A stretch of 63,728 nucleotides of DNA, counting the filler. It is 4 parts of 4 records of this genome, joined end to end, with 100 filler letters (N's around TTAATTAATTAA, not from the genome) between each part and the next. Parts side by side here need not be neighbours in the genome. Positions count along the whole stretch, not along the records: positions 21,354 to 45,131 come from SRR20825010_6164; 3 more parts are not named here. One strand, 5' to 3'. Numbering within the stretch: position 1 is the first letter of the stretch; each line of letters opens with the position of its first letter. The position numbers and the translations under genes are program-made. Shown one piece after another: positions 31,823 to 39,998 of the stretch. The notes beneath the pieces are model-generated. The model had not been told where the DNA came from and did not search any database. It saw only the letters and a program-made list of their open reading frames with translations.

Positions 31823-32339
31823 GGTCATCTCCTTTTACGTGTTACTGGTTGGTTTGTTGGCCAAAGCAGTGTCGGCACACCTTGTGCCGATAGCGCCATA
31901 ATGAGTGGCTGCACAAGGTGCCGGATCAAATCGAGCCGACATTCTACTCAAAACCGAAACAGTTTGCCTGCCCCCTCTTTCAGATTTGGCCGGTATTTGG
32001 GCATCACTTTGGTCAACACCTTGTACCGCCTCACTCTACTGGCGGACATCACGGGCTATCTAATTGAAAATGAAGAGGTATTCTATCAGGGTAGAATTAT
32101 TGAGCGCAGTGTAGTGCCTGTGTCTTGCCCGGACAATGCAAGGCATCTCAAACTGCCCGACGGACCGGCCAATGCCGTCAGATAGCACTGGCTGCATAAC
32201 GACACACCGTCTAGACTGGCTCCATTCAAAACAACGACTTACCGCAGGAGCGGCACTCGAGCCACGAATCACCTGCTCCAGCCCTCATCCAAAGGGCGCA
32301 ATGAGCGGCACTCCAGCGACCGAGCAATGGGCAGACGTA

Positions 32340-33158
32340 ATGAAACGAAGCGCTTTTTACCTTTCAGACGGCACCGGGATTACCGCAGAGACCCTTGGCC
32401 ACAGCATGCTGAGCCAGTTTGGGGATATCGAATTTGTGCAAATCACCCTGCCCTTCGTTCAATCCGATGAGCAAACCCGCGAAGCCGTTGCCCGCATCAA
32501 CAAAGCAGCAGCAGAAGATGGCGCCAAACCTGTCGTCTTCTCAACGCTGGTCAACACCGACCACCGCGCTATTCTGCATAGCTGTGATGCCCTGATCCTC
32601 GACCTGTTCGGCGCCTTTCTTCGCCCACTGGAAGACGAGCTCGGCGTGCGCTCCAATCACAAGATCAACCAAAGCCACGCCATCCGCGACGCCGAATCCT
32701 ACCGCATTCGTATCAATGCGGTGCATTTTGCCCTGGATAACGATGACGGCGCCCGAACCCGACACTATGATCAAGCCGACATCATTTTGATTGGCGTCTC
32801 TCGCTCCGGCAAAACGCCCACCTGCCTCTATCTGGCGCTGCAGTTCGGGCTATTCACCGCCAACTACCCGCTCACCGAAGACGACTTCGACGACCTGCGC
32901 CTGCCCAAGGCTCTAGTTGAGCACAAACACAAACTCTTCGGCCTCACCATCGACGCCGACCGCCTCAGCGCCATTCGCAGTGAGCGCAAAGCCGGCAGCA
33001 AATACGCCTCCCCGCGCCAATGCGACATGGAATTACGGGCCTTGGAAGCCATGTATAACAAGCACAATATTCCGTACCTGGATGCGACAGAATTGTCGAT
33101 TGAGGAAATCAGTACGCGGGTGTTGGCGATGAAAGGGTTGCAGCGGCGGCTGCAGTAG
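32340..33158 (+). CDS. ppsR: PEP synthase regulatory kinase/pyrophosphorylase (DUF299)
   Basis: SDGTGITAE, DDG, GVSRSGKTPT.LYLA, SIEEI; divergent from ppsA. Confidence 0.95.
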   Translation: MKRSAFYLSDGTGITAETLGHSMLSQFGDIEFVQITLPFVQSDEQTREAVARINKAAAEDGAKPVVFSTLVNTDHRAILHSCDALILDLFGAFLRPLEDELGVRSNHKINQSHAIRDAESYRIRINAVHFALDNDDGARTRHYDQADIILIGVSRSGKTPTCLYLALQFGLFTANYPLTEDDFDDLRLPKALVEHKHKLFGLTIDADRLSAIRSERKAGSKYASPRQCDMELRALEAMYNKHNIPYLDATELSIEEISTRVLAMKGLQRRLQ

Positions 33159-33234
33159 CCCACCACGCCGTGGGAGTTTTGCCTGCAAGCCACTTATCAT
33201 CACCTTGAAGCCCCCCGCAACAACACAGCCTCAC

Positions 33235-33604
33235 ATGGGTAGATAATAAGTTTGCAGGAGCGCCAAAATTAGGTTTGCGAGCAGCACACCGGTTGCTGAC
33301 GCTATTGGGCAAGAAAAACGAGTTTATCCGTGAGTCCAGTCATCCAGTGCTTCGAATTCAGTATTGAATTGGTCTGAAAAACAGCAAAAACCATGGGGCA
33401 TTCACCTCTGCCCTGATAGATGTCATCCGTGAAATGGCACGAAGCGGTTATATCGACGATGTTGCAATCTGGTTGAAGGCGACCGACATGAGAAATCTGT
33501 GTTCACATACCTACAAGGAAAACCTTGCTGAGCAGGTGTAGACCTTTGCCTGCGAATTTTTACCGCAGTTAAAGGGACTGGTTACACGACTGGAGCGGCA
33601 ATGA
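33235..33604 (+). pseudogene. HEPN toxin / nucleotidyltransferase substrate-binding (HI0074-like) pseudogene
   Basis: Joining frames gives ...KNEFIRES/VIQCFEFSIELV*KTAK.../DVIREMARSGYIDDVAIWLKATDMRNLCSHTYKENLAEQV*TFACEFLPQLKGLVTRLERQ*; Rx4H motif; several frameshifts and internal stops. Confidence 0.85.
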
Positions 33605-33725
33605 AGTTCTGGCTGACAGCGGAACATTACTGCTACAGTACCGAACAGGTTGCCCCCCCCCCTTGCAAGAGGGGGGGGGGCAACGTTTATTACTACGGCT
33701 CAAGGGCCAGAGGAAACCACCAAAC
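33601..33725 (+). pseudogene. minimal nucleotidyltransferase (MNT) antitoxin, truncated
   Basis: ATGA overlap with the HEPN remnant; MKF.LT...VYYYGSRARGNHQ carries the GS motif, but the following SDxD is missing. Confidence 0.75.
33649..33684. repeat. homopolymer palindrome GTTG-C10-TTGCAAGA-G10-CAAC
   Basis: Read directly: 14-bp perfect arms around an 8-nt loop. Confidence 0.85.
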
Positions 33726-33754
33726 CAAAATCCCGGCAGTAAATCGGGCCGGGA
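33722..33754 (-). terminator. probable terminator of the DUF6160/FilA-like operon
   Basis: Minus strand TCCCGGC-N10-GCCGGGA-TTTTGGTTT, about 40 nt after the stop at 33794. Confidence 0.55.
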
Positions 33755-33793
33755 CATGTTCGACAGGGTTTAGGCATCCCCAATTGTGTTCTT

Positions 33794-35047
33794 TTAACAA
33801 AAACGGGCAGAGCCCCAGCAATTACGGTATGGAGCCTCGAGACCAATAATATTACCAGCAGCTGCAGAACCGCTAACAATGTTTTGAACAAACTCCGATG
33901 CAGGTTGCGAAATAACCAAGTTAAACGCATCAGGGGCGTACATTGACCAACCTGGTAACATAGCTGTTTGGTATCCTGGATATTGAACGGCTTCTTTCTG
34001 GAAAGAAAGACCAAAATCAGCAGACTGCACCTCAATTTGGTGCACATTGCCTAAGTTGTATGGAATATCGTAGCCATTAAGACTGCCGCGACCGGGCAAG
34101 TTCAGACCTGAAGCTAGCTGATCCTTGAAAGCATTGCCTATCTGGGTTCTAAACAAAGGTAACGCTAAGTTAATAATACCTGTACCAAGAAAGTTACTAG
34201 TCTCCGTCACTGCTACCGATTGAAGAAGCTCGTCAACCACAACATCAAGATCCGTATCAAGAATATAAGCTAGACTTGTGCGATTCCCTGAAGCAAGAAC
34301 ATCATAGCTTCTACTGGCTGTATCATACTCCACCCGAAACTGCTCCGCTCTGGCAACGCAGAAAAGAATACTTGCCGCACAAAAATCGTCCATACCTAAA
34401 TTGTAACTCGAGCCAAAATCATTGGGGTCGGTAATGGCTATACCTGACTCTCCAAGCATTGATATATCTGAAGATGCGGACATATAACCACTGAAATTAT
34501 TCAAATTCCCAAAGCTCAACGGTCCCTCAACATCAGAACCTCCCAGCCTTATGCCGACCACTTCCCTTAAAGTCTTACTTTGGTCATTCTTGATCGCAAA
34601 CTGAAAGAAGGGACGCTGGATTACAAAGTCTTTTAGCTGCTGTTTATTTGCTTCAATATCTGGTACAGATCCAGGAATTTGATTCCCTGTTGGGTCAAGC
34701 GTAACGCAGTTGAGTGAACCATCAGCGATACAACCTAAAGAGAAACCATCTATATCAAGGTCGCAACCATCTGTACCATTGATGCCACCACAACCAAGCT
34801 GAAGCTTGTCAATGTTCATATTGAGCCTCAACTCTGCATCTAATCCCGCCTTATAAAAAGTATATCCATTTGTGAACTCTTTATTCATTTGCAACAGAGC
34901 TTGCCCGGTCACGTCAGCCAACTGTTCATCTTTAAGCTCAACCATAGCCTGCACGGCTTGCGAGAACAGCAAAAAAACAAGCACAAAAAAGCAACCAGAG
35001 GAATTTATCGGCAATAATCGGAAGCTGGATTTTATTATAATTCTCAT
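33794..35047 (-). CDS. secreted DUF6160/FilA-like protein 4
   Basis: Signal peptide ending VQA, then MVELKDEQLADVTGQ; LN.NIDKLQLGCGG.NG..GCD.DID segment; Cys-rich, ends CWGSARFC. Confidence 0.7.
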   Translation of the reverse strand: MRIIIKSSFRLLPINSSGCFFVLVFLLFSQAVQAMVELKDEQLADVTGQALLQMNKEFTNGYTFYKAGLDAELRLNMNIDKLQLGCGGINGTDGCDLDIDGFSLGCIADGSLNCVTLDPTGNQIPGSVPDIEANKQQLKDFVIQRPFFQFAIKNDQSKTLREVVGIRLGGSDVEGPLSFGNLNNFSGYMSASSDISMLGESGIAITDPNDFGSSYNLGMDDFCAASILFCVARAEQFRVEYDTASRSYDVLASGNRTSLAYILDTDLDVVVDELLQSVAVTETSNFLGTGIINLALPLFRTQIGNAFKDQLASGLNLPGRGSLNGYDIPYNLGNVHQIEVQSADFGLSFQKEAVQYPGYQTAMLPGWSMYAPDAFNLVISQPASEFVQNIVSGSAAAGNIIGLEAPYRNCWGSARFC

Positions 35048-35097
35048 TAGCAATACCCGAAGATGTTATTCTTAAAGGCCTTAGCCGATATTCGTAC

Positions 35098-37383
35098 TTA
35101 TTGTTGTTCCAGTGTCAGTGAAGTATAAACTTTCGCTGCTGGAATAATCATGGAGCCCAGATCTTTACCGCCGAATTCGATTCTTCCAATCTCAAGAGGA
35201 TCACCAGCACCACCACCAGGCTTAGTTGCCAATGCCCCAATATTCAGACTGTTCTCAATGCGCAGTTTTGGTTTACCATCAGCTTCACCAGAAGCCGACA
35301 GGAGATCGATTTTCCCGCCACCACCAGCAAGAATGGAGTTAGAAGGAATTTCGATATCGCCTGTAATATCCGCTAAGCGCACATCTACATTCAATTTATT
35401 CAAATTGGGTTCGGCAAAGGAAATATAGGTTCCGTCATCATGTCCATGACCGCTACCGGTGTCATTGGAAAAACCATTATTAAGGTTGGCCAAACTGAGG
35501 AAGCCGCCGAAGTTAATCGCATCCCCATTCAATGAAGGGAAAATCTTGAAAACGAATTCGTCCATTTCCAGGTTCATATCAATGTAGCTACCGTAAACCG
35601 GAGACTCCATGCGAGGCACATCGCCTCCACCGAACATCCCGCGAAGCTGCAACCTAACCTCATTGGAAGAAAAATTCAGGCCATCACCATGGGACACACC
35701 GACGCCCATATCATTAGTGGCAAGCAATAAGTCAGCCCCCATCAAACCAATGGCTAGACCATCAGCGGTTGGGTTGCTCGGGTCGTGATAACTGGTTTGG
35801 AAGTCCGTATCGCCAATCATCAGGTGGGTACCATTTTCCCAGCGGGAGCGATCCGGTCTCCCGTTGGCGTCGGCCCCGCCTTCTGTCTGGATGGCAGCAA
35901 CCACATCCATGGTAAATCCGGGGGATCCGGGCGTGGCACCATCTCCTGACTGTGGGTAGAGGTACCAGTTGGTACTAATATCGCCAAGGGTATAGATTAA
36001 AGCCCACCCTTCATCAATATTGTTTGCAGCTGAAACACCGTCGCGATAAACGACCTTGGAAGAATAGGCATGAAGACCCCATTCACGATTTATAATCGCA
36101 AGCCCTGTGTCTGAAGGCGCAATATCCAGGAGTTCAGTGGGAAGCACCCCGCCCGTTGAGGTGGCGCAAGCCGATGGGGTGCTACCATAGGTGTTGGCAC
36201 CACCAAAACAGATGCCCCCAACACTTTGATGAGCCGCGGAAACGGTATCCAGTGTTAGATAGCCGAACTCAAGATCCTTTCGAGTCTGCCCCAAGGTCGT
36301 CGGCATGCTGATGGGTTGTGTAAATTCCAGATATGATTGCCCCTCATCACCACTATCTTCATATCTGGCTTCGCCAAGAACAAATTGGAAATTATCGGCC
36401 AGATCAAAACCCAGCGAAGCCGTCAGGCCTTGCGTGAATGTACCATCATCGGGTAACCAAGCACCCTGAGGGCGCAGCTGCAAATCAAAGTCCTCGATAC
36501 CACCGCGCCAGCCGAACAGGAGCATGGGTATTGACTGCTCATTGAACTGAAACGCCGTCGACGCTCCATTGGCAACATTGGCAAAAACATCAAAAGTGAG
36601 ATTCAAGTCTGTCCGCGACCCCGGAGCGCTGCTCACAATGATTCCGTCAGAGTTTACTCCCACCGTTCCCTGGTGCATGTCAAACAGGAAACCAAAGTTG
36701 TCCAGCTGCATTTCGGTACTGCCAGCTGGCCCCATTCGATAGAACAGGCGACCCGGCTGCCCCATGGTCCACGTATTCGGATCTGGATCAGTATTATTAA
36801 TATCCCCGACGTTAACGATAACTCTTGCCTGATCTGCTATGAGTGATGAGTTGGCAAAGCCTCCGTCACCAAAAACGGCAAAACGCCCGCCCGCATCCAG
36901 GGCAACGGCCCCAAATGAACGTGATGTGTCTGTGACAGACAAGCTATCCATCTGCACACGCATCCGGTTCCAGGTCGCATCAAGGCCCAGGCCAGACCGG
37001 CCCTCGTTATTGGTGTAGGAATCGATGGCCAATGCAAAATCCAACGCCTGGCTTGCAACTGTGCCATCCAGATCAATCGGTTTGATCGCAAACTGGTTTG
37101 CGTCGACGGCTGTACCACCAATGATCAGATGGTTCTGAAGTGAGTTGCTGTTTGCATCAACTTCACCGTTATCCACTTCCCAGCGGATTTGTTCAGCTGT
37201 GATCGCGCCGCCTTGCGGTACTTCCAAGCCGATAGTCACACCATCACGGCCTTGCACAGCGCCCATTTCTTGCTCAGAAAGAACTTCCAATGCGTGAACG
37301 TTAGAAGAGATAAACAGCATTGCTGCAAAAACCGCAGGCGGCACGTGCGGCAGGTTGTTATTTTTTTCTGTCTTTAAACACAT
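35098..37383 (-). CDS. large secreted DUF6160/FilA-like protein 3 (~761 aa)
   Basis: Signal ending VHA, then LEVLSEQEMGAVQGRDGVTI; Gly/Asp-rich, beta-rich; start placed at ATG 37383 to avoid overlap with the upstream gene. Confidence 0.7.
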   Translation of the reverse strand: MCLKTEKNNNLPHVPPAVFAAMLFISSNVHALEVLSEQEMGAVQGRDGVTIGLEVPQGGAITAEQIRWEVDNGEVDANSNSLQNHLIIGGTAVDANQFAIKPIDLDGTVASQALDFALAIDSYTNNEGRSGLGLDATWNRMRVQMDSLSVTDTSRSFGAVALDAGGRFAVFGDGGFANSSLIADQARVIVNVGDINNTDPDPNTWTMGQPGRLFYRMGPAGSTEMQLDNFGFLFDMHQGTVGVNSDGIIVSSAPGSRTDLNLTFDVFANVANGASTAFQFNEQSIPMLLFGWRGGIEDFDLQLRPQGAWLPDDGTFTQGLTASLGFDLADNFQFVLGEARYEDSGDEGQSYLEFTQPISMPTTLGQTRKDLEFGYLTLDTVSAAHQSVGGICFGGANTYGSTPSACATSTGGVLPTELLDIAPSDTGLAIINREWGLHAYSSKVVYRDGVSAANNIDEGWALIYTLGDISTNWYLYPQSGDGATPGSPGFTMDVVAAIQTEGGADANGRPDRSRWENGTHLMIGDTDFQTSYHDPSNPTADGLAIGLMGADLLLATNDMGVGVSHGDGLNFSSNEVRLQLRGMFGGGDVPRMESPVYGSYIDMNLEMDEFVFKIFPSLNGDAINFGGFLSLANLNNGFSNDTGSGHGHDDGTYISFAEPNLNKLNVDVRLADITGDIEIPSNSILAGGGGKIDLLSASGEADGKPKLRIENSLNIGALATKPGGGAGDPLEIGRIEFGGKDLGSMIIPAAKVYTSLTLEQQ

Positions 37384-37414
37384 AGCAATCACCGTGTGGA
37401 AAGCAGCTGCCGCC

Positions 37415-38167
37415 TTAATAACCGTAAAGATAAAAATCGCCACCAAACGCAATTCCCGCTTGGTGACCATTGTTATCCGCAATATTCAGCCCCATAAAGG
37501 AGCCATTATTGTTGCCTTCCCAACCATTGCCGCTTGGAACAAGCGCATTGGGTTCTACAGCCAGCCCCTCGAAGTACAGCCCGAAACGCACGTCATTGAA
37601 CTCAAACCCATCAGCCGCACCCTCTGGATAGCTCAAGCGAAGACCTGGCATCTCAGCCAACCCTGATGCTGCTGCTCCGGAACAATTCCCACTAGGCAGC
37701 AAGCAAGTAGAGCCATCCTGGTCGGTGAATTTAGCCGCATTGAAGTAACCATGATAAGCGGCACTGCCACCGTGGGAATCACCCAACAAGGATGCATCAA
37801 TTGCCAAACGCCGTAGATCAATTGACGCGTGACCGTTTTTAAAGACCAACCACTCACTCTCGCGATTTTTCAATTGAAGGCCGAAGCGGCAATTCATATT
37901 TGCCAGGCTGCTACCACCATTAGGAGTATCACAAATAGACAGGGGGGCACCGAGATCGGCTTCCGCGGGGCTACTGTTGTAGTAGTACTGAAAACTCGCG
38001 AGAATCCCTTTCTGCCCTGTAACTGTACCCATCTCTGTATCATCCATGGCTTCGAGGGCCTGAGCGGGATTCGTCTGCACGCACAACACCACAGCAAGGA
38101 CAGAAAAAGCCGGGAGAACTTTTACAGACAAAATCTCACTCATGCGGAGAAAAAATGAACTGGTCAT
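37415..38167 (-). CDS. secreted DUF6160/FilA-like protein 2
   Basis: Signal ending AQA, then LEAMDDTEMGTVTGQKGI; TAATG stop/start overlap with the upstream gene. Confidence 0.7.
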   Translation of the reverse strand: MTSSFFLRMSEILSVKVLPAFSVLAVVLCVQTNPAQALEAMDDTEMGTVTGQKGILASFQYYYNSSPAEADLGAPLSICDTPNGGSSLANMNCRFGLQLKNRESEWLVFKNGHASIDLRRLAIDASLLGDSHGGSAAYHGYFNAAKFTDQDGSTCLLPSGNCSGAAASGLAEMPGLRLSYPEGAADGFEFNDVRFGLYFEGLAVEPNALVPSGNGWEGNNNGSFMGLNIADNNGHQAGIAFGGDFYLYGY

Positions 38168-39489
38168 TAATTGGCCCCCAATGTAGTAATTTTCATGTGA
38201 TGAATGCGCATACCTTCAATACGAGAGATCCCCAGATTGGTAACAGGGGTTGCGGCTGAAGGATTCACAAAATAAATGCCGTTATCGGTTGCTGTAGCAG
38301 ATGGAAGCCCAGCCCCTGTCGCAATATTGACACTATCAAAATCGCCCCAGCGCACGTAGCCACGGGTATCTTCGTTGGGGCTAGCGATGCTGCCATCTGA
38401 ATTCAGAGCGCAATCCCCTGTGTTACCGACATCGCCACAATAGAAATTGTTATAAATCTCGGGAATGTCAGGAATTCGAGTTAATTCAATAACGAAATCG
38501 CCAGTAGCATCGCCTGAACCATTCCTGACAGCATCCAACGTAAGAGCCTGGTAATGCAAAACGCCAAGAGGCAAGAAGGCATCTACATTTTTGAAATACA
38601 TGCCTTCAGCATCATCAAAATCCGGAACATTATGAAGCGTATCAGCTAACGCGCCGGTATCTTTTTGTCGAACGGAGAAACGGAAGTCACCGGAAAGCGC
38701 GCTTTGGTAGGTAATACCCAAGGTATTATCGGCCGTATTTTCCGTTTGCATGAGCCGCAGAATGGCAGGCTTGCCATCAGCTGTTGTGGGTTTACCATGA
38801 ATGATCGTTTGGCTTTGCAGGAAATCGGCACAGTCCGCCCCTCCCGACGAGCAGTTTGCTGCACCGATAGCTGCGCTAGGGTCACCGGCTACACGGTCTA
38901 CCTCAAGCTCGCCCCAGAAACTCCAGCGCCAATCTTCTGTTTGGCTGGGGCCAATCAACTCAAGAATCGTTGGCTTTTCATTGCCTGCAGATCCGTCCAG
39001 GTAATTGCCTTGAAAATCGTACCCCTCGTAATCAAAAACACGCAGCACGTAAGGGTCATAGATTGAAGCCATGGCACCGATGCCGTATTGGTTTGGCGTC
39101 ACACCCGCCCCAAGACTATTGCCGTTACCTAGAGGGCAAGCAAGAAAGGTATTGCCATAGGCGCTGCTTCCACCGCAAGCGCTGGAGCCTCCATTAAGCG
39201 TGGCATACCAGTCCGTGCCGCCGGGCTGGGCCCCATTTGTCATGGACAACCCATAATAACGTGCGTCGCCTCGCTGCCAGCCAACACCATTTACCCCCGC
39301 ACCGGTCAATTCAATAAAACTTTCCGGCGCAAATCGCATGCTGAAATTATCAAGCGCAAAGGCGAAGCCCGCCCCCTGCACATCTGACAGAGAGTCATCA
39401 CTGAGTTCAGTAAGGGCTTGCGCTTGAGCGGCGCCCAAGGTGAGGGTCGCAGCCAACAACAGGTTGGTCGATTGGAGTCTTGGGCGCAC
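38167..39489 (-). CDS. secreted DUF6160/FilA-like protein 1
   Basis: GAGG RBS + GTG; signal ending AQA, then LTELSDDSLSDVQGAG; C-terminus LG...IEGM.IHHMKITTLG. Confidence 0.7.
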   Translation of the reverse strand: MRPRLQSTNLLLAATLTLGAAQAQALTELSDDSLSDVQGAGFAFALDNFSMRFAPESFIELTGAGVNGVGWQRGDARYYGLSMTNGAQPGGTDWYATLNGGSSACGGSSAYGNTFLACPLGNGNSLGAGVTPNQYGIGAMASIYDPYVLRVFDYEGYDFQGNYLDGSAGNEKPTILELIGPSQTEDWRWSFWGELEVDRVAGDPSAAIGAANCSSGGADCADFLQSQTIIHGKPTTADGKPAILRLMQTENTADNTLGITYQSALSGDFRFSVRQKDTGALADTLHNVPDFDDAEGMYFKNVDAFLPLGVLHYQALTLDAVRNGSGDATGDFVIELTRIPDIPEIYNNFYCGDVGNTGDCALNSDGSIASPNEDTRGYVRWGDFDSVNIATGAGLPSATATDNGIYFVNPSAATPVTNLGISRIEGMRIHHMKITTLGAN

Positions 39490-39504
39490 TGTGACCTCGT
39501 TTTC

Positions 39505-39512
39505 TTGTTATT
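39505..39512 (-). promoter_or_regulatory. AAnAAnAA motif (Hfq/Crc-type) next to the RBS
   Basis: Minus strand GGAATAACAAGAAAACGAGG-TCACA-GTG. Confidence 0.35.
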
Positions 39513-39916
39513 CCAGCCTGATTCTTTCATTGAGTACTTTGGTCAGGTCTGATGATCTTTAGTCACAAGGCTACACAGCGTCAAACATTATGGCAACACT
39601 TGTTAACACAAACACCGCACAGTGACGCCATTGTTAATCTATAAATATCAGCAGGTTACATCCCATAAACAGAGTGTATACCAACTCTATGCATACTTGT
39701 ACTCTTTACCTAGAAAACGGCTTGTTACCAAAGTGCACATATAGTGCCGAAATATCCCGATTGGTTATGCTTCATTCAGCTTGACGTTCAAGGCTGATGG
39801 TCCCTCCTAAAGGTCAAACTGGACAAGGAGCCAGGGTTGCCGTAGTCGGAGAAGGACCGCTTATGCATCTGGGATTTGGTGCAGGGAGCCAATGGGGCCG
39901 CAGCCCAAGCGTAAAA

Positions 39917-39993
39917 GTGTAGTAGGACGTTGTTTGCTACGCTCACCCTACGGGCCGCCCTTCGGTCGTTGCGCCGCTGCGCTCCTACAACAC
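39917..39993. repeat. REP-like/MITE-like palindromic element
   Basis: Terminal IRs GTGTAGTAGGA / TCCTACAACAC (10/11) around a CGCTCACCCTACGGGCCGCC..GCTGCGCTC core; GTAG foot. Confidence 0.6.
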
Positions 39994-39998
39994 CAGGT

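Noticed and set aside
32136-32339. N-terminal extension of ppsR, and similar extensions on trmL, folM, sufA, gldB, the P450 and the T9SS protein
   Set aside because: Longest-ORF artefacts; family N-termini and RBS or signal positions point to downstream starts
33601-33849. 82-aa ORF as an intact gene
   Set aside because: Only the first ~40 aa resemble MNT; the rest runs through a terminator into the antisense of the next gene
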